A DNA stretch of 64,000 bases from the human T2T-CHM13v2.0 reference genome, Homo sapiens, in assembly GCF_009914755.1 (NCBI RefSeq), contig NC_060925.1. One strand, 5' to 3'. Positions within the stretch are counted from its first letter, which is position 1; every line of letters starts with the position of its first letter. Shown piece after piece: positions 17,850-38,074 of this stretch. The notes beneath the pieces are model-generated. The model worked only from the letters and a program-made list of their open reading frames with translations, had not been told where the DNA came from and did no database searches. Position numbers and translations under genes: made by a program.

Positions 17850-18326
17850 TTACTAATGTGGGATGGAGGAACTTGCACAGATTCCACTCACTACAAAGAA
17901 GAGAGGCTTCTTGCTGTGGGCTTGCTATGGGGCTCTTAACACCCCACCCACCCTTGGTTTACAATGGAGCTTGGATTCTTGTAGGAGACCTTATTTCCAA
18001 GTGTTCCTGCAGCGCCCCCAACCCTCAGTGATTTAGAAATGAAGGGAAAGCAACCACTGGCATTGCAGAAAGTACAGTGCCAAGCCAACTCCCAAGAATG
18101 ACAGCAGAGAAGGGCCAGCTGGGGACACTGATGGGAAACCATCATGCCACCCCTCAGGAGGGGGCTCTCCTCTCTTCACAGGCCTGGCACTCTAGAGCAA
18201 GCACTAACATGTGGAAGATGTCTGGTGGGGCGTGTGAATGCCGGCCCCATCCACCCCGGAAAAATGGTGACCACGATGGTGGTGATGACCGTGCAACACA
18301 ACCACGATTTATACTCCTTGCAATTA

Positions 18327-18554
<228 letters not shown>

Positions 18555-19098
18555 CTATGGACAAGACCCAGTGGCTGAGAGGCTAGCTCTTTTCAAAGGA
18601 AGAATCCAACTGGAGGAGGAGCCCTGGTCATGCTGAGCCTCCAGTTATACCCTTGTGCACCAGCGAGCTGCCCCTGCAAATCTGGGTGATTAGCACAGGA
18701 TTTGACTCCCAGTCATGCTCCTGTGGACACCAAATTAAACCTGCTGTGTGGTCTCTCAGAGAATACTGTGGAAGGTGATGAGGAAGCCCTAAGGGTGTGG
18801 GGGAGACTGCACCAAGGCTCCTGGAACCAACCCTCAGAAATCAATCCCCAGAAACACCAGGTAAGAGCCTGGAGGTGCTAGGCTGAGCCCACGGCCCACG
18901 TTTATCAGCAACTAGAGGAGGCAGGGTATGGCCATTCTCCACCAATCTTAGAGTAGGAATGATTCGCAAACACCAATTTCCTTGATGGTATATTATATTC
19001 AGTATCATGCAGGAATGTATTTAAGCTCTTCTGAAAATGGAAGTTTTAATCTTTATTAAGTGCCTACTCTTGGTTGGATGCTTTTACGTGTCTTCTAA

Positions 19099-19396
<298 letters not shown>

Positions 19397-20767
19397 TCAT
19401 CTCATTTATTCTCATAACAATCAAGCTTGCTGAGGAAGCTATCAGCCTCTCCATTTTAAAGGCTGAGGTAAGTCTCCTCCTTCCCCAGGAAAATGGGCAA
19501 GTTATTCGCCATCTCTGCTCAGATTCCACCTCTGCAAAATGGAGACAAAAATGCCAGCCCTATCATATCCTATAGGGTTGCTATTAGTATCAAAAGAGGA
19601 TTTTAACTCCACTGGCAAAGGTACAGGCACACACGTCTGCACCTGTTTCCCAGCTTCATTTTTAAGGGGTCTCTCGACATCTCCTCTCCATCACACACAG
19701 CATACACTGGGACGCCAGGAATGGAGACATGAGAGGATGAGGAAAAGGTCTAGTGATACAGGGTTAAATGGAAGAAGTACAACAATGTCACCTGGGTGAC
19801 CAAGGGGGGAGAGCCAACAGACACAGATGTGCCACAGTGGGAACGCTGAGGGGCATTTTAATTTTCTGACTCTCTATACATCTCTGATACCACTAGGGAA
19901 GAGAGAAGGACACTAATCTCACCAAATGGCCAATGTGAAGTGGCACCACAGTTCTCCTGCAGCCAGTTTTGGTGCATGACAGACACTTTTTTACCATAAG
20001 ACAATTGAACAAAATGTGTGATTCTTATTTAGCAACTAGAACCATATCAGAAACTGCTTTTAATTTTAGTACCACTAGTAAAAACTGAATACTCATAGAA
20101 GAGACACAAGCAGATGGTTCATAGAAATCATGTTCTCAAGAGAGACCAACTGTTCTCCCTCAATTTCCCAGACATCCAGCATTTTCTGATTAATAATTTT
20201 TGCTTTGCTTCAACATGTACATAATCAACACAGGGATGAATCTTTCTGGTCAAGGACCACTGATTTAATGGATAGTTTTCTTCTGTCATTATCAGTCTAT
20301 TCCTTTTTTAAAAATGAAGATCTTCATTTAAAAAATGTGGAGACACTTGATCTCTTCAAGCCATTTGTCTATGCTAAGAATCTTTGGCATCCTCTAAGTA
20401 TTCAGTTTCCAAAGTTTGCAAGTGACCACAAAGGTGCAGGGTGTACAGTTGTGCATAATTTGGCCAAAGCATGAATCTCTGTCATCCCAGTATGAGGCTG
20501 GTGAGCGGAAACAGAGCACTCAGCCCTTGCTCAAGCCCGGCTGCAGGTCAGACACCTACAGCCTAATGTGGATTCTCTTCCAAATAAAAATGGTTTCTTT
20601 TGGAGGAGGAAAAAGAATCTGGGGAAAAGCCATGCTATTTAATAACTGCCATCAATTTGCTAAAGGTCTTAATAAGTGGGACACAACTCCTTGAATTGTC
20701 TTCCCAGAATGAGAAAGAGAATCCAGACAGCAGAATGTCGAAAGGAGACACAGAGCTGAGAACTCAC

Positions 20768-20867
20768 CTTTAGGGCTTTTTCAAGCTTACTATCCTTGTC
20801 TTTTTCTTTTTTAGATTTCTTCTTCGCCACTTCATCCACTCCATCCACCTCATCGCCTTTTCTCTTT
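20768..20867 (-). CDS. PARP1: PARP1 coding exon 5 (bipartite NLS with caspase-3/7 DEVD cleavage site)
   Basis: Encodes [33 protein letters not shown]; AG 20868-20869, GTGAGT donor; 100 nt. Confidence 0.97.
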
Positions 20868-22484
20868 CTGAAGGAGACACAGGATATGAGAGACAGCCAG
20901 AGCCATTAAAAGTCTGACACCCAATGACTTGCGGTGATGCAGTATCTTAATGTCATTCTATCAACTCCCTGTAGGGCCTACTCACACTTGTCACTCCCTA
21001 ACCCCTGCCCCACTCAGTGCCCTTAGGCGATCACTGTCTACTCAGGGAGTACTTGCAGCCAAGATGGCAGAAGACACCATCCAATTCAGAACATACTCTC
21101 CCAGCCAGGGAGAGGGGCTAGGGTTGTTCCAGGGACTCAGAACAACCCATTACAAGAATCCAGGGCTCAGACCCCGTCTGAGGTTAAAAAAAAAAAAGAA
21201 ACCCATGTATCTCCTGGCCTGGAAGGTTCTAGCCGGGACTAGGCTAGAGGTAAGCCCATGGCTAGGGGGTAGGGATTGCAGAAAGACAAAGCACAAGTCC
21301 AGGGAGCTAGGCCTTTTGAGCTAAAACACAGAGCAAGGGAAAGAGGCTGCTCACAGAGGTGGGGCTGTACTGCCATATAAAGCCCTGACAAGAAGTGACA
21401 GTCAAAGCAGTGCTAACCAGCCTGCCCCAGCTGGCTCAGCAAACACAGCTCTGAGGCTATCACCTGCCCCCAAAATACAGGCGCAGGACAGCCGCAGTGG
21501 TCTGTCAGTCTCAGCTATCACATAGACCTGAGCACAAACCCTTGCACTTTCCTCATCCATAAAATAGGGAAAAGAATACCATCTGCCTCACAGAACTCTG
21601 GTGATGGGCAAATGAAACAGTCCAAATACAGGGCTTCATATAGTGTCTGGCATACGAAATGTGCTCAACACATTCTGGCAGTTATCATGGCATAAGTGGG
21701 AGCTGATGAACTCCAACACCTATATCACATGCTGCAATGCCCTGTGGCCTTTTTGACCCATGGCCTGATTTTTCAGTTTTCTTCCACATTCTAGAGCCCC
21801 ATGTGCTGCTGCAATGAACAGGCGTTATGAACTGAGATAATGTGTGATGGCTGCTTGATGGTTGCCCAGTCACCGTTCAAGGAGCAGGGTGCATACCAGG
21901 CTCTGCCACACCACCCCTGGTGTGCTTGTTAACAAGCAGTTCTCCAGACTGAGGCTGAGGGACCAGCAGAGGGTAAACTGGAGAGACCAAGAGGTGTCCA
22001 TGGATTCAAGACAGTCACTGATGGTCCTTCCCATTCTAAATTTTAACACCATGCAAAACCCTTATCATTCTCAACTCTAAGCCAGGAAAATTATCCACTG
22101 CCCATCCCCTAACTAAAAATGGTCACCATTCTCCCAGCATTGTTCCGAATAGTGATCAACCCAGGCACAACAAATACCCAGGGAAGGAAGGTGGTCTTTT
22201 AAGTATCTAAAGGGTTGTGGTGGGAAAGTGTAGTTAGCCTGTCCATGGAGCTCAGATGTTGGAAGGGGAATAGACCACCAGGAAGCAGGTCTCACAGGGG
22301 AGAGGGCTCTCAGCAGAGGCCATGGGAACCCCTGGCTGTCTTTCCCTACCCTGTCCTTTGCCCCCACATCTCTGCTGTCACCATTCCTCAGTTTGCATCT
22401 CCCTGGCTTACTGACAGTCAGCGAAGGGAAACAGAGGAGTGGTATGGAACCTGTAGGGCCTTTGGGCCTCCCTTGAACCCCTCA

Positions 22485-22916
<432 letters not shown>

Positions 22917-23112
22917 TTACCCACCCTCAAGACTCAGGGTTCCTTAAATTCCAAATGGCTGGCAACCTACCTACCTGCCTGGACATGTGAAGAATTGCTA
23001 ACATTCCCCTTAAGATGTTTCTGCTGACCTGGGGCAGGCATAAAAACACATGGTATGGTGTGCTGGGCAGAGCTAGAGCCTTGCACACCTGCGTGGGCTT
23101 CCAATGCAGCAC

Positions 23113-23350
23113 TTTTTTTTTTTTTTTTTTTGAGACAGGGTCTTGCTTTGTTGCCTAGGCTGGAGTGCAGTGACTTGATCTGAGCTCACTGCAACTTCTG
23201 CCTCCCAGGCTTAAGTGACCCTCCTACCTCGGCCTTGCCTGGCTAATTTTTTTGCAGAGATGAGGTCTCACTATGTTGCCCGGGCTGGTCCAGAACTCCT
23301 GGACTCAAGCAATACTCCTGCCTCAGCCTACCACCCCACCGTGCCCAGCC
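23113..23350 (-). mobile_element. Alu with internal deletions
   Basis: Poly-T then Alu sequence; CCAATGCAGCACTTT target-site duplication on both sides. Confidence 0.92.
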
Positions 23351-24262
23351 CCCAATGCAGCACTTTTGTACTAGCAGGGACTTTCTGTCCACTCCCACCC
23401 TCCTATGGCCTCCTTAGTCTCTTTACAGATGACACCCCCTAAGGAGTAATAAACCCACAGGCAAGAATCCAGTCCTGCCAGCCTGCCCAGGTCCCCAGTC
23501 CCCAGGCCTGATATTCCCAGGAGAGTTCCAGGCCTGGGAGGCTCAATCCAGAGAATGCAGCAGGAGGGGTTCCTGGCATTACATAAAACCAGTAACCCAG
23601 CAGCACATACCATCCGGCATTCCCCTTGAGGTAAAGAGGATCTTAATGTTTGCCTTAAATTTTTGGTGGTTGAAGGTAGCTGGAGAAGATACAGCAATTC
23701 CATGTTTTTCTTTTCTAAATACCCATTGGCTCACCTCAGTTTTCTGTACAATACCTCCGGGAGGCAGAGACTTTCAATTAATGCCTTAAATGAATCAATT
23801 AATATGTGCATGTCACATTAGAGAAGGGTGAGAAGGCTGCGGGGCACAAGCCTTCCCTTCTACCTGTGTGTCCATCCATTTTCTCTGACTGGCTGTCAGC
23901 CTTCAAGGGCTAGAACTGGTGGGAAAGCCTGGTTAATGAAGTTCCTTTGATTAAACAGAAGGCTGGAGGCTCATAACAGGGTAAACACACTCCTTATACC
24001 TAATTCTACCATAAAACACAGACAAACAGTCTCTCCCCAGCCACTGCTGGGTCCAAAAGAGACTCCTTTTGTTAACATTTTCCAAGAGCAGATGCATACA
24101 TACATGAGAACTGGACCGTGATAAGGAGGACCAGACCTGTCTGGAAGTCACTGACGTATCTGGTCAATACTAATGTCTTCACTTTATTTTTAATCACTTA
24201 CGTTGAGCTAGCACCCTAAAGCCCCCATTTCTTCTTTTCTCTTGAGATAGCCAATAACATCA

Positions 24263-24457
<195 letters not shown>

Positions 24458-24839
24458 TCAACAGCCCCAAAATGCAGCTCAGAGGAGCCCCGTCCTCTTC
24501 TACCTCCCCAGGATCCTTCCACTAGGACACCTTATGCCTTGGGAGACTACGATTGGTCCATCTCATCTGTCTGTTTGTAACAACCGTGGTCAGCTAATAG
24601 AGCTTCTTTTCTGGAGATAAATGACCCTTCTCAGACTGAGCTCCTTGAAAGAGCAGCATATCAGGGGGTGGTCAGCTGTCTGACATTCCATCTCCTCCCC
24701 TTTCTCTGGAGGCCCCTCCCACACTTTAGAAAGCACTTATTAGGTGCTTACCTTAAAAGCCTGGAAGCATACTGACGTCTCACTAAGGCTTCTAATTTCC
24801 ATTATACTTCTATTTACCAAAGTGTTGAATTAAAGGAAA

Positions 24840-28500
<3,661 letters not shown>

Positions 28501-28837
28501 ATTTTGCCACCAAAAAAAAAAAAAAATCAAGTAAGAAAAGTGATACTTAGAGTAGGATCTCAATTCTGCAGGAAAGAAAGAAAATCAAGCACACTCACAA
28601 GCAAATTAGTATTTTCTATGGAGATATCCCACATGTTAATAAGTCATTTCTGAATTAGAGGATTTGGGATGAATTAAACTTTTCATATATCTAAAAATAG
28701 TAAGTTAGGCTCTCTGGATGAAAAATCCCTGGACAATTAGTAGGTAGTATCCTAACTGTATGGTTATGATGGTTTCACAAAAAGACACATTTTCAGTAAA
28801 ATCATTATGCCTTTTCATATTATAAAATTACACTTAG

Positions 28838-29415
<578 letters not shown>

Positions 29416-29576
29416 TCCTCTGTTAAATCTGACATACTCACCCTCTGAACCCTTTCTTGGCAAATTTATTTACTTTTTAAAATTCCCAATTCTGAGCCGT
29501 TACTAACCTGTTTGCAGTAAGCAGCTAGTCAGACATACCAACAGCTGCAAGGACCAGCTGCTGCAAGGGCAGACAG

Positions 29577-29828
29577 TGATATGGTTTGGATCTGTGTCCC
29601 CACTAAATCTCCTATCAAATTATAATCCCGAATGTTGGAGGTGGGGCCTGGTGGGAGGTCACTGGATCACCGGGACAGATTTCTCCCTTGGTGCTGTGTC
29701 ATGATACTTGTGAGTTCTCCTGAGATCTGGTTGTTGAAAAATGTGTAGCACCTCCCCTTTCACTCTCTTCCTCCTGCTCCGGCCATGTCAACTGCCGGCT
29801 TCTCCTCTGCCTTCTGCCATGACAGTAA
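29577..29828 (+). mobile_element. MST-type MaLR LTR (MSTA-like), truncated
   Basis: TGATATGGTTTGGATCTGTGTCCCCAC...GTTGGAGGTGGGGCCTGGTGGGAGGT. Confidence 0.8.
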
Positions 29829-32005
29829 CAAGGTTGGAGGACTGACACTACCCAACCTAAAGACTTACTATGAAGCCACAGCAGTCAACACAGTGTGGTA
29901 CTGGCAAAAGGATACGTAGATCAGTGGGACAGAACAGGGAGCCCAGAAACAGAGCCACACAAGCACAGTCCACTGATCTTTGACAAAAAAGTAAAGGCAA
30001 AAATGGAGAAAAGATAGTCTTTTCAACAAACGGAGCTGTAACAACTGGACATCCACATGCGAAAAAAAAAAAAGAAAAAAAATAAAGGAATCTAGACACA
30101 GACCTTACACCCTTCACAAAAAGTAACCAAAATGGATAACAGACCTAAATGTAAGACACAAAACTGTTAAACTTCTAGAAGAAAATCTATATGACCTTGG
30201 GTCTGGTGATGACTTTTTACAAACAACACCAAAAGCCCAATCCACTAAAGAAGTAACTGATTAACTAGACTTCACAAAATTAAGAACTTCTGCTCTGCGG
30301 AAGACCAGCCACACACTGAGAAAAAATATTTTCAAAAGACATATGACAAAGGGCTGTTATCCAAAATATACCAAGAACTCTTAGGACTCAACAGTAAGAA
30401 AACAAACAATGTGATTTTAAAAAGAGCAAAACCAGGAGTTTGAGACCAGTCTGGGCAACAAGGTGGGGCCCTGTCTCTACAAAAAATTTAAAAAAATTAG
30501 CCAGGCATGGTGGTGCGCACCTGTAGTCCCAGCTACTCAAGAGGCTGAGGTGGGAGACAGAGGTCAAGGCTGCAGCGAACTGTGATCACACCACTGCACT
30601 CTAGCCTGGGCGACGGAGCAAGACAGTCTTAAAAAAAAAAAAAAAAAGTGGGGGTAGGGGCAGGCAAAAGACATTTCACCAAAGATATACAGATGGTAAA
30701 TAAACGTATGAGAAGATGTTCAAGATAATTACAGTATTAGGGAAATGCAAATTAAAACAATAATAAAATACTATATATCTATTGGAATGGCCAAAATCCA
30801 AAACAATGATAACACCAAATGCTGGCAAAGATGTATAATGATACGAACTCTCATCTATTGCTGGTGGGAATGGAAAATGATTCAGCTTTTTGAAAGACAG
30901 CTTGGCAGTTTCTTACAAAACTAAATATACTCTTACCACATGATCCAGCAATTGTACTCCTTGATTACCCAAAGGAGTTGAAAACTTATGTCCCCATAAA
31001 AACCTGCACATGGTGGGTGTTTCTAGCAGCTTTGTTCATAATCACCAAAACTTGGAAGCAATCAAGATGTCCTTCAGCAGGTCAATGAATAAACAAACTG
31101 TGGTAATCCAGACAATGGAATATTATTCAGTAATAAAAAGAAATGAGCTATCAATACGACAAGACATGGAGGAATCTTTTTTTTTTTTTTTTTTTGAGAT
31201 GGAGTTTCGCTCTGTTGCCAGGCTGGAGTGCAGTGGCATGATCTCGGCTCACTGCAACCTCCGCCTCCCAGTACAACCAATTCTCCTGTCTCGGCCTCCC
31301 GAGTAGCTGGGACTACAGGTGCACACCACCACACCGGCTAATTTTTGTATTTTTAATAGAGACAGGGTTTCACCATATTGGCCAGGCTGGTCTCGAACTC
31401 CTGACCTCGTAATCTGCTGGGCTCGGCCTCCCAAAGTGCTGGGATTACAGATGTGAGCCACCGTGCCCGGCTCGACATGGAGGAATCTTAAGAGCACATT
31501 GCTAGTGAGAGAAGCCAATCTGAAAAGGCTACCTTCTGTATGATTCCAACTATATTATATTCTGGAAAAGGAAAAACTATGGAGAAAGCAAAAAGATCAG
31601 TGGTTACTGGAGGTTAGAGGGGAGGGAGGAATGACTAGGCAAAGCACAGAGATTTCCCAGGCAGTGAAAGGACTCTGGAGGCTACCATAAAGGTACATGC
31701 ATGTCAATGTATGTTTGTTAAAACTGACAGAATGTACAATGCAAAGAGTGAGCCCTCATGTAAACTACAGACCTCGAGGGATAACGATGTGTCAATGTGG
31801 CTCATCAGTTATAACCATGGACCACTCCGATAACGATGTGTCAATGTAGCTCATCAGCTATAACCATGGACCACTCTGGTGGCGATGTTGATTGTGGACA
31901 AAAGTCTGTGTATGTGTGGGGTGGGTAGGGCTAGCGGGTATATGGAAACTCTGTACTTTACTCAATTTTGCTGTGAACCTAAAACTGCTATAAGAAAAAA
32001 AGTCT
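29829..32005 (+). mobile_element. L1MC-like LINE (ORF2 3' end and 3'UTR) with nested Alus (30431-30648 +, 31177-31471 -)
   Basis: L1 motifs (AAGACTTACTATGAAGCCACAGCAGTCAA, GAAGCCAATCTGAAAAGGCTAC); the minus Alu is flanked by a GACATGGAGGAATCTT duplication. Confidence 0.85.
31780..31877 (+). repeat. 49-bp tandem duplication (2 copies, 3 mismatches)
   Basis: GATAACGATGTGTCAATGTRGCTCATCAGYTATAACCATGGACCACTCY at 31780-31828 and 31829-31877. Confidence 0.92.
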
Positions 32006-32220
32006 ACATACAGAAGAATGTCATGAACCTGGGAGGCGGAGCTTACGGTGAGCCGAGATCACACCACTGCACCCCAGCTTGGGTGACAGAGCGAGAATCC
32101 GTCTCCAACAACAACGAAAAAAGTTTACATATAAAAAAAGGTTAAACAGACAATGGAACAGAAATTTTTAAAAGGACCCCAAAATACAGAGATTTTGTGC
32201 ATGATACAAGACACCTCTCA

Positions 32221-32484
<264 letters not shown>

Positions 32485-33294
32485 TCACGCCTCACACCAC
32501 ACATCAGCACACACCGGGATAACTCTCAAATAGAGTAAACATTTAGATGTTAAAAGAAATAAGGAACCATAAAATTACACGTACTGGATGTAGTTCATCT
32601 GTATCCCCAGGGTGGGCTACCTGACAGTGGCTGCTGGTGCCACAGCCTTGTTCCCTAGCACTGTCACTGCCTCAGGGTAAGGGCCACACCCTGGCATACC
32701 CACCCTGTAGTGACCACCACAGTAACAAACACAGCACTGTCACCAACAGGCCAACTCTTTCAAAACCAGGGACTGAGAGTCCTCCCGCCACTTCCAGATC
32801 TAGAGGCAGCTCTGGCTGCAGGGCGTGACTGTGCAGAGGCCAGGAACACAGTCTGGAAGTGCAGAGAACCACAGCACCTCCAGCGAGCTAAAACCAATGA
32901 GAAACAAGAGGCAGAAAGAACCAATGGATAATGCTGCTCCCTTCCTCCTGCTCCGAGGGGCTTTTCTGAAGCTTAGTGGCAAAGGACTTGCGTGAGGGCA
33001 TCCTGCATGACCAAGCCATTGGCTGTTTCTCATGAAGCCATGGCCAGCTTGACAGCGTATGGCACTGTGCTTGCCCTCCTGCCTCCCCTTCCTCCCTCTC
33101 TCTTGCTGCCCTAGGATTACCTCTCCTAATAAAGCTTTTAATAGCTTTGCTTTCTGCTCTGCTATGTCACCTGACGTGACCTGTACTAAGACATGGGAGA
33201 AGACATAAAAGGAGAAAACTGTGGAGACAGTAAAAAGAGCAGTGGTTGTCAGGAATTAGGAGGGATAAACAGGGGATTTTTAGAGCAGTGAAAC

Positions 33295-33816
33295 TGATGC
33301 AGGGCAGGCCAGCCCTAAATTGGGGATTGGCCTGGGCGGGTCCTTGGCTTCGCTCTGGAAAGCATTTAAGAGCGAGCTCGTGGTAGAAGAAAGCAGCTTT
33401 ATTGAGGCAGCAGTGTTATGGCTCTGTGACTGCTCCTGCAGAGCAGGGCTACCCCACAGGCACTGTGCTGAGAGCAGCAGCTCAAAGGCAGTTCTGAAGT
33501 CATATTTACACCCACTTTTAATTATATGCAAATTAAGGGGCAGACTATGCAGACATGTTAAGAAACGGGGTGGTAACTTTTAGGTCATCAGATTGTTGTC
33601 ACAGAAAGGGGTGGTAACTTCCGGGTATTGCCATGGCAATGGTAAACTGATATGGCACACTGGTGGGTGTTTTATGGAAAGCTGCTTCGTCCCTGTCCCT
33701 GCTTTAGTTAGTCCTCGGTTTGGTTTGGTGTCTGAGCCCCACCTCCTACCTCATTCCCCTCTCAGAGATGAGCTATTCTTCCTTAATCTTAAGGGGGCTG
33801 CAGAAGGGTGCAGGTC
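33295..33816 (-). mobile_element. ERV1-class LTR (MER66-like; 33295-33753) with polypurine tract and ~60 bp internal stub, inserted in an L1MC 3' end
   Basis: Minus strand reads ...AGAGGGGAA|TGAGGTAGGAGG...TGCATCA (TG..CA ends); AATAAA at 33403-33398; TGAAACT present at both junctions; L1MC 3'UTR resumes at ~33817. Confidence 0.75.
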
Positions 33817-34137
33817 TGAAACTACTCTGTATGATACTATAATGGCAGATGCATGTCATCATACATTTGTCCAAACCCATAGAATGTAGAGCATCAGGAG
33901 TTTCTGGACTCTGGGCAATAATGATGTGTCAGTGTAGGTTCCTCAATTATAACAAATGTACTACTCTGGTGGGAGGTGTTGACAAGGAAGAGCCTGTGTG
34001 GTGGGAGGGGGAGGGGGTACTGGAAACTCTTTGTTCTTTGCTTACTTTTGCCATGAACAAAAATAAAGTATATTAAAAACAAAACAACTTTAAAGGCTAC
34101 ATTCCAAGCACCTGGAAAAACAAAATACCAAATATCA

Positions 34138-34482
<345 letters not shown>

Positions 34483-35302
34483 CTAGAAGGAAGAGAAACA
34501 GAGGGAAGTAAGTAAGCAGTTAACTTTTGACTTAGACCCACTAGACCTTGACCTTGACCTCGACCCCAGTCCCAGCCCCAGCAGTGGGATAGCACATGAA
34601 ACTTTTGTTCTCCTATCTGTGAAAGGAGGACAGCCTCCGCTCTCACATGAAGAGCTGCAGCATCCTTCTCACGATCTTCCCCAAGGGTCAGAAGACTGTA
34701 GCCCACTGTTCTTGAGCTCATTCTCTTAGGACACCAAACACAGCCACGAGAAAGGTGGCCTTTTACCACTGAGCTCTGCCCCACGTCCCTTTTGACCACA
34801 CACTGCTACATTTAGTGGTGAGCTGCCTCATGGCCTAGTGAAATGCACAGAAGACACTTGTGCAGAGTCACAATCCTGCAGCATCTGCTGGGAATGGCCA
34901 GACAACTGCTCCAGGCTTGCCTGGACTCAAAGGGCCTGTGTGCCCCAGAAAAGGGCTCTTTAAGTGCCTCTGCAGTTAAGAATAACAAGGAACAAGTCCC
35001 AGATAATGAGCAAAGCAGAGAAAGTGTGTCAGAAAAAAGTGTCAAGCTTGCAGCAGCCACACAGATGGGAGTGGAATGAATGGAGGTCTTTGAGGCAACT
35101 GTGACAGCGGATGGTTCGGGGCAGCATGCCTAGAGCTGGAGTCAGCTGCTCACTGGCCTTCTGGGGCGCAGTTTCCCAGGCGTAGGACCTGAGAAGTCTG
35201 GCCACAGGGAACACAGTTCCCCTCTCCAGGTGGTTTGCTTCCCACTAGGCCTTTCATTGTGACAGGGTCAGGTTCTGCTCCCAGGCCTCGAGCACTGTCT
35301 GG

Positions 35303-35580
35303 CTTTGTTTTTGAGACCGAGTCTTGCACTGAGTGCAGTGGTGCGATCTCAGCTCACTGCAACCTCTGTCTCCTGGGTTCAAGCGATTCTCCTGCCTCGG
35401 CCTCCTGAGTAGCTGGGACTACAGGCACGTGCCACCCATGCCTGGCTAATTTTTGTATTGTTAGTAGCAATGGGGCTTCACCATGTTGGCCAGGCTGGTC
35501 TCGAACTTCTGACCTCGTGACCCGCCCGCCTCGGCTTCCCGAAGTGCTGGGATTACAGGCATGAACCACTGCACCCAGTC
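35303..35580 (-). mobile_element. Alu (AluS-like)
   Basis: Reverse-complement Alu dimer; CTGGCTTT on both flanks. Confidence 0.93.
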
Positions 35581-37288
35581 CTGGCTTTACAGAGTGGACG
35601 GTGACAGCGATTGGGAAGAAGGGGAAGACACAGTATGTAGTGTGTGTCCCTGCTCCTTTCATAAGCCATCCTGTGTAATCCCACAATCTGCCTCTGGGTG
35701 GGAACCAGCCCTTTCATTCACAGATGGAGACAGTGGGGCTGGAAATCCTTGCCTGGGGGGTTGGGAGTCACAGAGGCAGCAAATGAATGATTTGACACTA
35801 TGATTCCTCCCACCACACTCCACTGCCCGGCAGGAAGAGCTACTTAAAAATACACCAACTGTGATCTGACTAAAGTAAGGGAAGTCCCAAACATCTGCTT
35901 TTATAGAACATAAAGCTAAATGTCACACAGATGCAATAAGACTATTAAAACAGCATTAAAAGTAAATGTGCTGAATTTTTAGGATGGAGTTGCGGGGACA
36001 GGGAAAATACTCTGGAAAAGCAATGATAAGGTACCCCACTATCTCTCTCCACTGTGAGTGGCCTCTTTCTGGATGTGATGTATTAAAATGCACAGCTAAG
36101 ACTATGGCAGCACAAGGACTCCTCAACATCAGCTTTCCCCTGGGTCTGGAATGCTCTCCAGCCCTGTTCAGAGCACTCCCTCAGATCTCCCAATGCTCCT
36201 TCCACAGCTCCCCTCACTAAGAACTATGCATTTGGTGATTATTTCATAAGGGCCTATCTTGCTATTCTCTAGCAACATCTGTCACAGAGGGCACGCAGTG
36301 TTTGCTTAGGGCTCCAAGTCAGATGGAACAAAAAAGGAAGGATGGGGAAATTCCTGCTGTAGAAGAGACAACAAATGGCATTTCTGAGAGCATACTCATG
36401 TTCCAACTCTCAAACGTTCCACCAGATCTCAATTAGGCTGCTGATACAGATCCCTAAGCATCTGGCTATCATGGAATATTTGCAATGGCCTCGACCTGGC
36501 TCTGCCTGCTTGTCTACCCCTTGTCTACCCTTCCTGTGCAATGTTCCAGTTACCCTTGTATAAAGAGCACAGGTAATGGCTATGGCACTTCTTCCTGGCT
36601 CTGCCAGGGGCCCCAGACCTGCTGCCCTTTGGTCTGGGTGCTGTCTCCCCCAACCACCGGCACAGTGCTGGACACCCTGGAGGTGCTGCCCAATGGTGCA
36701 ATCACAGCACAAGCTTAGAGGACAAGAGCCTCAGCAGAAGCACCCCTGACCAAAGCAATGCTTTGCCCTAAACTCAGGACTGAGAATGATGTGGCAGAAA
36801 GGCACCAAACCAAGGTCACAAGACTATCGACTCCATTTGTTAGCTGCACAGCTGAGGCAAGGCACAGAATCTTTGGCTGTGCACCCAAGCAAAAACTGAG
36901 CACCTAACATACCAGGGTCCTCACCCAACCAGCAGCTGGTGAACTGGGTTCCCTTCTGTGCAGAACAGGCCATGCTACCTGTCCACCTAGGCCACAGAGA
37001 GAATGAACTGACCTCACTGCATGCCTCCGGGTGCTCAAACCCTCCCAGGACAGAGCAACTCAAAGGTCTACCGCCATCCTCCTCCCACCAAAATGCTGGA
37101 GGGCCCAGCTCATCCCTCCCAAGATGCCCCAGGCATGAGGGCTAAAGTGTCAGGTATCAGATACTCAGAGAACAATACTCCCATGTAAATGTAAAAGAAG
37201 GTATTTAAATTCAAGCAAGTGAAAAGGCTTCTTTCTTTTTGGCCTTCACCAGCTCAGTCTACCAGACCAACTTTAAATTCTGAATTAA

Positions 37289-37765
<477 letters not shown>

Positions 37766-37938
37766 TAAGCCTCCTCTAACTTCCTCCACAGCGGTGTTGT
37801 TCTAGCCTCAACACAGTCTGGACTTGGGTTTTGTTTGTCTTTCCACCAGAACACGGTACTCTGCCCACCTGTTAAGGCGCCTGGATGTCCCTTTCTCAGA
37901 ATAACATTTAAAAATGCGTAATAAAAAGGCTCGCAAAT

Positions 37939-38074
37939 GGCCAGTCACGGTGGCTCATGCCTGTAACCCTAGCACTTTGTGGGGCCGAGGTGCATGGATC
38001 GCTTGAGCTCAGGAGTTTGAGACCAGCCTGGGCAACATAGTGAGACCCCATCTCAAAAAACAAAACAAACAAAA
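37939..38074 (+). mobile_element. FLAM / Alu monomer
   Basis: Left-monomer sequence; AAAAAGGCTCG repeated on both flanks. Confidence 0.88.

Noticed and set aside
32590-33190. Possible old ERVL-type LTR with plus-strand AATAAA near 33128
   Set aside because: Resemblance too weak to assign a family or boundaries by eye, so it is not listed as a feature
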